A stretch of 62,846 bases of DNA, filler included, from Candidatus Babelota bacterium (GTDB lineage Bacteria > JAGOBX01), in assembly GCA_017999075.1 (NCBI GenBank). It is 10 parts of 10 records of this genome, joined end to end, with 100 filler letters (N's around TTAATTAATTAA, not from the genome) between each part and the next. Parts side by side here need not be neighbours in the genome. Positions count along the whole stretch, not along the records: positions 1 to 11,704 come from JAGOBX010000063.1; 9 more parts are not named here. One strand, written 5' to 3'. Of this stretch, positions 1-9,540 are shown piece by piece (position 1 is the stretch's first letter; the number at the start of each line of letters is the position of its first letter). A program made the position numbers and the translations under genes. The notes under the pieces were generated by a model that was given only the letters and a program-made list of their open reading frames with translations, made no database searches and was not told where the DNA came from.

Positions 1-110
1 ATATTAATATCATACCCTCCATGAAATTTTAATAACAATCCAATTGATGACGCTGTTATCCCTTTCCCTATACCTGATATAATCCCTCCAGTAATGATAA
101 TATATTTCAT
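1..110 (-). CDS. pyrG: CTP synthase, N-terminal fragment (runs off the window)
   Basis: Manual translation from ATG at 110 gives MKYIIITGGIISGIGKGITASSIGLLLKFHGGYDIN, the conserved PyrG N-terminal GGxxSxxGKG motif. Not in the ORF track. Confidence 0.92.
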   Translation of the reverse strand, partial: MKYIIITGGIISGIGKGITASSIGLLLKFHGGYDIN

Positions 111-1727
111 TTTTAATATATATATTTTATTTTCAGGAGAATAATTTTTTACAGGATAAAAACTATGCCAAATAATTTCCGGTCTGGTCATATCAACGCA
201 AAATTGTTCTATAGAAAACAAAGAATAATTTATTTTATTATTTTTTATAAAATCCAGGTATTTTTTATATTCCGGAGGATACGGAAATAATCCAAAAGAA
301 ATAATCCAGTCAGGGGCAATTTTTCTGGAATAAATATATTCCGGAATTTTATTTTTTTGAGAAATCAATATATGTTGATTATCTTCGGATAAAGAACCGC
401 AAAACAACAGATTTTCATCAAAATAAAAAAATATTGGTGCTACGCAATATTCAGGTCTAATAAGTATTGTTTCAGATTTTTTTATATTTTTTTCAATAAA
501 ATCTATTACTGACTCAGTGGGGGTTATATATTTATGCGTAATTTCATATATGTAATCAAATAAGAAAAAACGTACATTTTCTGATCTGTATGAAGGAATT
601 AGAGTGAAGTAATTTGTAGATATGGAAATTATTAATATTATTATAGCAAATATGCGGTTTATTTCAAATATCCTTGAAGTAATATATCCTATTAAAAAAC
701 AAAAAAAAGGAAATAGCCCGACAGCATATCTTATGTCAGCAAATAATGTTTCCTTATAAGGCTGAGGAGAAAGCCATGATAAAAATACAGTAGAGAACAA
801 AATAAATATGATTATTAGTAAAATTTTTTTATTTAATATGAATTTCAACAAATTTTTTTCAGTTTTTTCAATAAAAACAAAAGGAAGTAATATAATGAAT
901 ATCGCTTGAAAAAAAGAAAAGGTATTATAATCACGTAAATACCATACAAAAAGATAAAATGCATTTTCAAGGCGTTCCATAGAAAAAAACGGAATTGATA
1001 CTGAATTCCATGGTTTCCCGTACAACAAATAAGGCAGCCCTGAAATTATCGACACAATCCCTCCGAAAATTATTCCTTTAAACTTTTCCTTTTCAAACTC
1101 TAAAATAATATGACTGAAAAACAAACCGGTAAAAAAAGCAAAAAATATAAAATAATTACTGTAAAAAAATAAAATGCAGGAGAGAGTGAACAACAGCAAT
1201 GATTTTTTATTTTTTATTGAAATAAAGGTATACGAATAAAACATAAGAATACAAGATATTATAACTAATGAATAATATCTGCATTGTCTCGTAAATAACA
1301 AAAAAGAAGGTGAAAAAATTAAATACAAGGAAGAAATTACTGCAACCAATTTTTTATCTGAATAGCTCAGTATGAATTTATAAAAAAAATAAATTGAAAC
1401 TATTCCTGTTAAAACAAATAAAAATCTTCCTGCAAATACTGTTTTGCCAAAAATTTTAAAAGCTAATGCAGTAACATAAAATTGGAGCCATGGAGATGAT
1501 TTATTCACCATTTCTGAATTTAAATGAAGCCCATCTCTATATGCGTAAAGATTTTTTCCGTTCCAGCCTGAAGGTAATCCTGATTTTAAAATATTTTTAG
1601 CATATATTGCAGTATCAGCCTCATCTTCCCAAAAATAATTGTTATCCAATCCCCATAACAGCAATACGCTTGATATTAGACAAAAAAATAAGGGAACAAT
1701 ATTATTTTTAATCACATTTATCAACAT
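111..1727 (-). CDS. ArnT/PMT (GT39/GT83-like) multi-pass membrane glycosyltransferase; no stop codon seen before pyrG
   Basis: Manual translation from ATG at 1727: MLINVIKNNIVPLFFCLISSVLLLWGLDNNYFWEDEADTAIYAKNILKSGLP...SSPWLQFYVTALAFKIFGKTVFAGRF. It has the WxDE motif after the first TM helix and many hydrophobic segments, and ends ...DMTRPEIIWHSFYPVKNYSPENKIYILK directly at the pyrG Met. Both ends were read by hand; the middle is inferred open because the ORF track reports no terminated ORF here. Confidence 0.75.
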
Positions 1728-1781
1728 ATTGACATATTTGTATATTTAAATTTGAAACATGCAATAAAGTAATATTTTTGA

Positions 1782-2813
1782 TCAATAAAACTCGGTGAAG
1801 ATTTTTGTGTTTTCCGGAGAAAGTTTTATATTATAATAATCAGCTAAGATTTTATTTAATACCATTTTTGTTTTTTGAGCTTTTGTAACAGGAATTTTTT
1901 CCGGTTTTTCACCTGCTAATATTCTGACAGCTTTGTTAACTGCTTCTTTAGCGCAATCATAATAATCTCTTGAAGCTGCGGCAACTGCAAATCCTTTTTT
2001 AACATTCTGAGATCCGAAACAGAAAAGAGGAATTTTAGTTTTTTGGGAAGCATGGGAAATTGAAACAAATGCCGAACCTGTTAAATTGTCAATTATCTGG
2101 CATAAAACATCAATATCTTTTTCACAAAGTGCTGATGCAGCTTCAGGAATATCTGAAGGAGAATTTATAGGAACACCTATAAGCTCAATGGAATGTGAAG
2201 CAAGTATTTCTGAAAATTTTTTATAATACAGAGTAGAATCTGTTTCCGAAGGAGTAAACAAAGTTCCAATTTTTTTTACGTTCGGATAAAAATTTTTTAT
2301 TATTTTTATTGCAGCCTCAAAATCAGTAATTGTACATATTCCTGTTACATTAGGTAAATGTTCTTCAAATGATTTTCCTATTCCTGCTTCAATTGGATTT
2401 CCTGCATTTGTAAATATTATTGGCTTATTCTTAATTTTTTTTATAGCAATTTGAAGCGACGGTGGGGTTATTGCAAATATCAGATCATAATCGCTTTGAG
2501 CAAATAAATCAGCAGCGCTATTTAATACAGACATATCTCCCTGTGCATTTTTAATATCAATAAAGCAATCTGCTGTAAGACTATTTTCTTTTAATCCATC
2601 AAGTATTCCCCGCTCAGCTTCTTCTGTATATAATGAATTTACATAATCTAAAACTCCTATTTTTATTTTTTTATTATTTGATTCATTCCCGCTGCAGGAA
2701 AACAATAAAAAAACAATAGAAAAATTAATTATTAAAAAAAATTTTTTTGTTTTTATTGAGGCAAGTCTTGTCGATAAATTCAAATTTAAAATTATATTTT
2801 TCATATTGAGCAA
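1782..2813 (-). CDS. ABC-type substrate-binding lipoprotein (ABC_sub_bind family)
   Basis: Lipobox-like LFSC; KNAQGD, DLIFAITPPS, KPIIFT, NVTG and KKIGTLF motifs. The true start may be downstream of 2813. Confidence 0.85.
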   Translation of the reverse strand: MLNMKNIILNLNLSTRLASIKTKKFFLIINFSIVFLLFSCSGNESNNKKIKIGVLDYVNSLYTEEAERGILDGLKENSLTADCFIDIKNAQGDMSVLNSAADLFAQSDYDLIFAITPPSLQIAIKKIKNKPIIFTNAGNPIEAGIGKSFEEHLPNVTGICTITDFEAAIKIIKNFYPNVKKIGTLFTPSETDSTLYYKKFSEILASHSIELIGVPINSPSDIPEAASALCEKDIDVLCQIIDNLTGSAFVSISHASQKTKIPLFCFGSQNVKKGFAVAAASRDYYDCAKEAVNKAVRILAGEKPEKIPVTKAQKTKMVLNKILADYYNIKLSPENTKIFTEFY

Positions 2814-3008
2814 AATATAATATTATTTATATTTAGTCAAACTAATTTTTTTAAATAATAAATAAAAAAATACTGGTATCTGAAGACTTCTTAAAATATG
2901 AATTAGTATTTTATTGTTTTATTTTTTTATTGCATTTTATATATATTCAAGCAAAATACATAAAATATAAAAATTAAATAAATACTAATTCTAAAATACA
3001 ATACAACT

Positions 3009-3686
3009 ATGATCAATAAAATTTCAGGAATACTTGAAGAAACAGGCGAAACTCATATTTCTATTAACTGTTCAGGGATATCTTATTCAATTTCAGTACC
3101 CGGCGGATTTTTAGAACACATAAAAACAAAAAAAAAATCAGGAGACGAATTATCCTTATTCACAATTTATTACATTGAAAACGGTATAGGGGGTTCAGCT
3201 CTTCATCCAAAGCTTATAGGTTTCAGTTCTCCTATAGAGCGTGAATTTTTTGAAAAATATACAACCGTAAAAGGGCTAGGAATAAAAAGCGCATTAAAAT
3301 CTTTAGTAATATCAGTAAAGAATTTGGCTAAAGCAATTGAAAATGGAGATATCGGCATAATAAAAAAACTTCCCGGAATCGGCGCAAGAACAGCAGAAAA
3401 AATTATTGCTGAATTAAAAGGAAGAGTTGCTAAATACGCATTGTTAAAAGAAGAGGAAAAACCTTATTCAGAAAAAATATCAACATCTTTAAATTCAACT
3501 GATGAAGAATATTTAGCTAAAAATCAAATTGAAGAAGAAATAAACCAAGTTTTATCTGAACTGGGTTATTCAAAATCTGAAATTTCCGAATTAATAAAAA
3601 AAGTTTATATGAAAAATATTCGGATCGAAAATACAGAACAGGCAATACAGGAAATTTTCAAACAGACAAAAGAAAATAAAAAATAA
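3009..3686 (+). CDS. ruvA: Holliday junction branch migration protein RuvA
   Basis: MINKISG start, LIGF, HhH motifs VKGLGIKSAL and LPGIGARTAEKIIAELKGR, C-terminal LSELGYS domain III. Confidence 0.93.
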   Translation: MINKISGILEETGETHISINCSGISYSISVPGGFLEHIKTKKKSGDELSLFTIYYIENGIGGSALHPKLIGFSSPIEREFFEKYTTVKGLGIKSALKSLVISVKNLAKAIENGDIGIIKKLPGIGARTAEKIIAELKGRVAKYALLKEEEKPYSEKISTSLNSTDEEYLAKNQIEEEINQVLSELGYSKSEISELIKKVYMKNIRIENTEQAIQEIFKQTKENKK

Positions 3687-3697
3687 TATTAAAAAAA

Positions 3698-6600
3698 TTA
3701 TTTTAAAATATTTTTTTTTAACAATTCTTTTTCTGCAGCGCCTATTATTCCATCTCCGTTTATATCCAATTCCATTTTTACCTGTCCAAAAAATTTTTTT
3801 ATTAGCGCGGCATCAAGAATATTCAATTGCCCGTCACGAAAAAAATCTCCTGCTGAAAGATATAATGAATCGCTTATTGAGACAGAACTGTCGATCCTAA
3901 TTTGAAATTCATAAGGCAAATAAAGAGATTTTGTTATTACTATATTAAAAGTATCGGGATATAAAATTCTAATATAAAAACGTCCGTCAGTATCAGTAAA
4001 CGAAGAATAAAATTCCGTGTCATTAAGTATATTGACTGCCGCTTCCGAAAAATTAATTTTACCTTCAAGTTCAACAATTCCTGATACAATTATTCCCGGC
4101 GTCAAAAAAATCGTATCATAATCAATTCTGTCAAAAACATCTTTAATCTTAATTGTTATAGTCTCATTTTCAATATTCAGCGGAACAGTGCAGTTCCAAG
4201 CATTATTCGTTAGAGCAATGCTATCAAACAAAACATCATTTATATAAATATTTATCGAATCACTGGTTTTCATATTTGAAACTGTCCCTGATATTTCAAC
4301 AATTTTAGACGTAGTATCATAAAATTGATTGCTTAATGCCGGATATAAAATAAAAATATCCGGATAACCATAATATCCTGCAATAATATAATCACTGCAC
4401 GTCAACCCGGACTTCAAATACAATACAGCACTAACAGTATCGCATATCCCGGTCAAACACGCAGTCCCCTGCCAGTTCCCGCTATTTTGATATATGGTTA
4501 TTGAATCCTGAAATGCACCATTAACATATATCCACAATGTATCATTTTCCGTCATTCCCAATGTAGTACCTTTTATTATTATGGTTCTATTAAAAGTATC
4601 GTAATGATTTTCAGGATAAGTAATCGAAACAGAAATATCCGGTAAATACCGGACTGTAATTACATCAGTGTCCATTCTGCCGAATTTGTCAGTTAAAACA
4701 GCATATAAACTGTCAGCTTGATTCACCAAAAAAACCGTTCCGCTAAAGTTCCCGTTACGAACAGTTAAAACAATTTCAGTATTAGCTACATTATTAACAT
4801 ACAACGTTACAGTATCATAAATTCCGCTTCCTGAAGTTGTTCCTCTTATTTCTATAATTTGAATTAAAGTATCAATAAAATCGTCAGCAGGGTAAGTTAT
4901 TTGTATATCAGGTAAAGAAAAATAATTAATCACAACAGTATCATACAATTCATCTCCGAATTTGTTTGTAAGTTTTGATATTATATAATTCACATTTTCA
5001 GAAACATTTATCGTATCATTCCATAAAAAATTATTTGACTGTACAATAATATTTTTTTGATATGTATTGTTAATAAACAATTCTATTGTATCTCCTGAAA
5101 AAGTATTAACTGTTGTTCCTGAAATATTTATTGATGGAGAAATTGTATCGATATTATTATTGGGTTCCAAAATCACTATATCTGATACTCCGTAAAAATT
5201 AACTGTAATACTATCCCATTTTATTCTATCAAACTGATCTGTTAATTTCACCGCAAAACTTTCGCCTGTATTATTAACATTAGCATTTAACACCCATGTT
5301 TCATTTTTTTCCCATATATAATAAACATCCTGCCGGGCCGTATAATCTCCGTTTATAAAAAGCTCCACTTTATCGGGCCCATTGACTCCAAATGTAGTTC
5401 CAGTCAACACAAAATTATTAATATTAGTATCAAAATTATTAACAGGATAAGTTATGGAAAAAAATATGTCCGAAAAATAATTCACAATAATAGTATCCGA
5501 ATTTAATCCGCTCCACTTAGACGTTATTTCTGCAGTCATAGAGTCATTTATTCCTGTAATCATTGAAGTTCCTATCCAATCACCATTCAAAGAAACGATA
5601 TTATAATTTGATTGAAAAATTCCGTTAATAAAAATATTAACCGTATCGCCGGGTCTGGCATTATAGGTGGTTCCTGCAACATTAACAAACCTGGCAATAG
5701 AATCATATTCCATCCATGGTTCGGTTATTCCTATAGACACATTTCCATAATAATTTAATATAATAGTATCGTAAACATTTCTGCCGAATCTGTCCGTCAA
5801 CCTGGCAATTATGCTGTCTCCCTGATTATTCAGCGAAACAGTTCCGCTCCATTGAGAATCCGATTCTGTAATAAAAATAGTATTTTGAAGTAATTCGTTT
5901 ACAAAAAGTAAAATAGTATCTCCCTGAAATGAAAATATCGATGTTCCTGAAATTATAATTGATTGTACATTGGTTTCAAAATTATCCGAAGGAGATGTTA
6001 TATTTAATAATTGCTGCGGGAAATAATTTATATAAACAGTATCATATCCAAATCTCCCGAACCTGTCTTCAAGTCGGACTGTTATAGTATCTTTAAATGA
6101 ACCGCTAAGAGAAACAGTGCCTGAAAAGTTTCCGTCTAATGCCTGAATAATATAAACTGATTGTTCAATCGAATTCATAAAAATTGTTACAGTTCCACCG
6201 CGGTCAGTGCCAAGCGTAGTACCTGAAACTGTAATATTCGTAATATATGTATCAGCATCATTTTCAGGCATCAAAATTTTAACAAGAGGCACAGGATAAT
6301 AATGCACAGTAATAAAATCCGAATCCATTCTGCTGAATTTATCATAAACAAATACCCTGACAGTATCTCCGTAATCAGATAAAACTATCGTATCATAATA
6401 TTGTTCATTTAAGGAAGAAAGAATAATGGTATCACAAGAAACAGTTTCTCCATTATCATTTAAAATAATTAATGTATCCCCTTCTTCTGTTCCAAAGGTG
6501 CGTATATCAAAGTATAGCGGATAAATTACGGAATCATATTGAGTGAATATCATATCAAGCGAAATATTCAACGGTTCAAAATAATTCACATATATTGTTT

Positions 6601-9481
6601 CAGAAGAAATTCTTGACTGGGAACCTATTATTGCAGGATGTTCAAACAAATAAACTGAAACAGCGCTCGAAATTCCAGAAACATTTACTGATAAATTAAA
6701 ACTATCATCAGGATATTTTAAAATATATTGAGTTTCAACAGAACCGTCAACAAATACCGTTAAAGTATCCCCTGGCCATGAATTCAAAGTAGTTCCTGAA
6801 ATAATAATGTTCTGATTGTAAGTATCATAATTAGTTTGAGGAAATAAAATCAAAACATCCGGTGCCGATGTAGTATTAAAAAAGCCTGCTGTATGTGTTT
6901 CTCCGTTTGTTGTATTGCTCGATTCCCAGTTTAAACTTGTATAATCAAAATAATTCGGATTTTTCCGTTCAATACTCATATTGGTTCCAATTAACGGATA
7001 AGAAAATTGTTCTACAATTTCTCCTTTAAAATTAAATAAAGCTATAGTATTGCCCGTTGGAAGCATTGACAATATTTGAGATGAACCTGAAATTAAAGTT
7101 ATAGGCGTGTCTCCGTAATTCCATATTGAATTTTCTTTAATAACCGCAAATTCATTCGGTCCAATGTATAAATCACCTATAACAGGAATTAGTTTTATTT
7201 TATCCCATTCACTATTGTAAACCCCAAGCTGCCATCCCGTAATATTCACAGTATCTGTTCCTCTGTTAAAAATTTCTACCCATTCATCGCCTGATTCCAA
7301 ATAATATCCTGCAGGAATATCAGGCACATCATACATTACTTCAGTTATAACAATATTAGTGTCTGCGCCTTTATAAGAATTTATAGTAGTATTAGTTTCT
7401 CCGGGTGTTGAGGATAAATGTTCATTTGATGCCTGCCAGCTTTCCTCTTCTGCAGGGTCAGAATACAATGTTATCAGTTCGGCAGAATGACCTTTTGTTG
7501 AGACATCAGGATAAGTGAACAATTGAATTGTATCATTAGAACTTGACAAAAGTCCTAAAATCTGCGGAGTAATATTCAAATCAAGGGCTACTACAGCATC
7601 TATCAAAATATTCGGCGTATCCCCATACATTGCATACCAATTTTCAGCATATGGACATATTACCGCGTATTGTCCAGGTTTAATAATTTTAGAATCAGAA
7701 CCATTTATATTATTATAAACATTCAATAAATTCCTGTATGCATTACCATCAATAATTTTCCAGTCTGTCAAATCAACATCTTCTATGCCGTTATTATAAA
7801 CTTCAATCCAATCATATTCAGAATCGGAGGAGTTATTATCATATAAAATTTCCGTTATCATAACCGTGGAATTCCCTGTAAGTTGAAGGCGATGCGGTCC
7901 TGAAGTATCACACAAAGATTCATTTCCCTGAGTATCAACAGCAACTACTGCGAACCAGTAACTCACTCCTGAAACCAACGAATCTCCAACATTTGATGAA
8001 GTTAAAATTGTATTGGTTTGATTAATATCTTTTATCTGGGCTTCCGGATAAAGCCATGGATCTTCGTCAGTATATCCATCAGCATCGTCATCATTATCAA
8101 TTCCATTTCCTGAATTGTTTGATGCAAACCTGTCTATATTTCCAATAGGATCTTCGTCAAAAAAACCGTCACCGTCATCGTCAATTTTATCTCCTAAATT
8201 AAAATTTGAATTTATCGGATGCGAATCAATAAAAATATAGTATCTTGAAAAATCTGATACGTCTGAAAGCGGTTTTGTCCATGTAAGAGAAAATGATGAC
8301 AAATCTGCCTCAACTGTCAAATTTCCGGGTTGGCCTGGTGGAGCATTGTCATAATTATCCGGAAAACCGTTATTCTCAGGATCAAGTCCGTTCATTATAT
8401 GATGAAAATGAGACATATATCTTCTGGCAGCACGAAAATCATGAAGAATAATATGAACTTCGTCATTCTGAGTTGATTTCAACATAGCCTGGTTTGAAAA
8501 ATTAGCAGAACCTGCAGCCACAATATCCATATCAATAACAAATATCTTGCTATGCTGATCATTCATTGGAGATTCAATTCTGCAGGTATGATCGTTCATT
8601 AACGCAGTTTGCACAGGTCCTGCAGAATATGCGCCTTTAGCTCCTATTTTAAAAGCTCTCGTATTCAATAATATTGAATCTTTAAGTTTATTTCCGGCAT
8701 TTGATTGAGGGTCAGAAGAACTGCTCCCCCATGCATTGGCCATATAAATAATCGATTCTTTGGCGTTTTCAACAAGATATCTCAATCTTCCGATAATACT
8801 CGCAGCTCCTGCTTCCATTCCATTATTATTATCGTCAGGAGAAAATCTTAATTCAACTGTATCCCCATAAGGAGAATAATGATAGATATTGCCTGTTGTG
8901 GTTTGAGAATGAAAAAAACCATTGTATTCATCAGTCTGTTCTTTTTCGATTTTTTTCAATAAATCGGGAAATTCCTGATTCCAGAGAATTAACGAATTAT
9001 TATGTTCATAATTCCAACCATTGCGGTTGTGATTTGCTGAAGAAATTATAACTCCTTTGTTAGCCACATAACATATCTTTGAATGTGTTAAATAGCTTTT
9101 CTCGCTTCCATTTATTTCAATAAAAGGAGACGCAATCGAATTTATATGATTCCATTTTTCAGCGTCATAATTCTTATCGCCGATTATACGCAGAGGAGCT
9201 GTTCTGCCGCCTATTGACGCAAGCCGGTTAAGACCTATAGAATTACTTCCATCAATCCAATTTATAGTTCCGACATTTTCTTCATCCCAGGCCATACTCT
9301 GTAAATATACAGTATCGCCGCTGCTTGCTTGATTGATAAAGTATGCATGCCATTTTTCAAAATTTGAATATGAATCCTGATGGTTTGCTCTTGAGAACTG
9401 AGCCCACCACCAGGGCATCGAATAAATACTAAAGCAGAAAAAGTAACATACTAAAAAAATTATTAAAAAAAAATTACGCAC
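3698..9481 (-). CDS. Large secreted modular protein: two PLD (HKD-type) half-domains, FN3, two lamin-tail domains, about 10 Ig-like repeats, C-terminal dockerin-like domain
   Basis: Signal peptide; HSKICYVA...SSAN and HSKIFVID...GSANFS; ITEILYD...DWIEVYN and ITEVMYD...EWVEIFN (LTD); repeats of I-x-x-P...DT...I-x-I-x-GTT; terminal GDFFRDGQLNILDAA...DINGDGIIG. Confidence 0.8.
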   Translation of the reverse strand: MRNFFLIIFLVCYFFCFSIYSMPWWWAQFSRANHQDSYSNFEKWHAYFINQASSGDTVYLQSMAWDEENVGTINWIDGSNSIGLNRLASIGGRTAPLRIIGDKNYDAEKWNHINSIASPFIEINGSEKSYLTHSKICYVANKGVIISSANHNRNGWNYEHNNSLILWNQEFPDLLKKIEKEQTDEYNGFFHSQTTTGNIYHYSPYGDTVELRFSPDDNNNGMEAGAASIIGRLRYLVENAKESIIYMANAWGSSSSDPQSNAGNKLKDSILLNTRAFKIGAKGAYSAGPVQTALMNDHTCRIESPMNDQHSKIFVIDMDIVAAGSANFSNQAMLKSTQNDEVHIILHDFRAARRYMSHFHHIMNGLDPENNGFPDNYDNAPPGQPGNLTVEADLSSFSLTWTKPLSDVSDFSRYYIFIDSHPINSNFNLGDKIDDDGDGFFDEDPIGNIDRFASNNSGNGIDNDDDADGYTDEDPWLYPEAQIKDINQTNTILTSSNVGDSLVSGVSYWFAVVAVDTQGNESLCDTSGPHRLQLTGNSTVMITEILYDNNSSDSEYDWIEVYNNGIEDVDLTDWKIIDGNAYRNLLNVYNNINGSDSKIIKPGQYAVICPYAENWYAMYGDTPNILIDAVVALDLNITPQILGLLSSSNDTIQLFTYPDVSTKGHSAELITLYSDPAEEESWQASNEHLSSTPGETNTTINSYKGADTNIVITEVMYDVPDIPAGYYLESGDEWVEIFNRGTDTVNITGWQLGVYNSEWDKIKLIPVIGDLYIGPNEFAVIKENSIWNYGDTPITLISGSSQILSMLPTGNTIALFNFKGEIVEQFSYPLIGTNMSIERKNPNYFDYTSLNWESSNTTNGETHTAGFFNTTSAPDVLILFPQTNYDTYNQNIIISGTTLNSWPGDTLTVFVDGSVETQYILKYPDDSFNLSVNVSGISSAVSVYLFEHPAIIGSQSRISSETIYVNYFEPLNISLDMIFTQYDSVIYPLYFDIRTFGTEEGDTLIILNDNGETVSCDTIILSSLNEQYYDTIVLSDYGDTVRVFVYDKFSRMDSDFITVHYYPVPLVKILMPENDADTYITNITVSGTTLGTDRGGTVTIFMNSIEQSVYIIQALDGNFSGTVSLSGSFKDTITVRLEDRFGRFGYDTVYINYFPQQLLNITSPSDNFETNVQSIIISGTSIFSFQGDTILLFVNELLQNTIFITESDSQWSGTVSLNNQGDSIIARLTDRFGRNVYDTIILNYYGNVSIGITEPWMEYDSIARFVNVAGTTYNARPGDTVNIFINGIFQSNYNIVSLNGDWIGTSMITGINDSMTAEITSKWSGLNSDTIIVNYFSDIFFSITYPVNNFDTNINNFVLTGTTFGVNGPDKVELFINGDYTARQDVYYIWEKNETWVLNANVNNTGESFAVKLTDQFDRIKWDSITVNFYGVSDIVILEPNNNIDTISPSINISGTTVNTFSGDTIELFINNTYQKNIIVQSNNFLWNDTINVSENVNYIISKLTNKFGDELYDTVVINYFSLPDIQITYPADDFIDTLIQIIEIRGTTSGSGIYDTVTLYVNNVANTEIVLTVRNGNFSGTVFLVNQADSLYAVLTDKFGRMDTDVITVRYLPDISVSITYPENHYDTFNRTIIIKGTTLGMTENDTLWIYVNGAFQDSITIYQNSGNWQGTACLTGICDTVSAVLYLKSGLTCSDYIIAGYYGYPDIFILYPALSNQFYDTTSKIVEISGTVSNMKTSDSINIYINDVLFDSIALTNNAWNCTVPLNIENETITIKIKDVFDRIDYDTIFLTPGIIVSGIVELEGKINFSEAAVNILNDTEFYSSFTDTDGRFYIRILYPDTFNIVITKSLYLPYEFQIRIDSSVSISDSLYLSAGDFFRDGQLNILDAALIKKFFGQVKMELDINGDGIIGAAEKELLKKNILK

Positions 9482-9540
9482 TTTATGGTTACTTCATATT
9501 AACTTAGCAAACCTTTAATTTACCAGTTCAAACTAATTAA

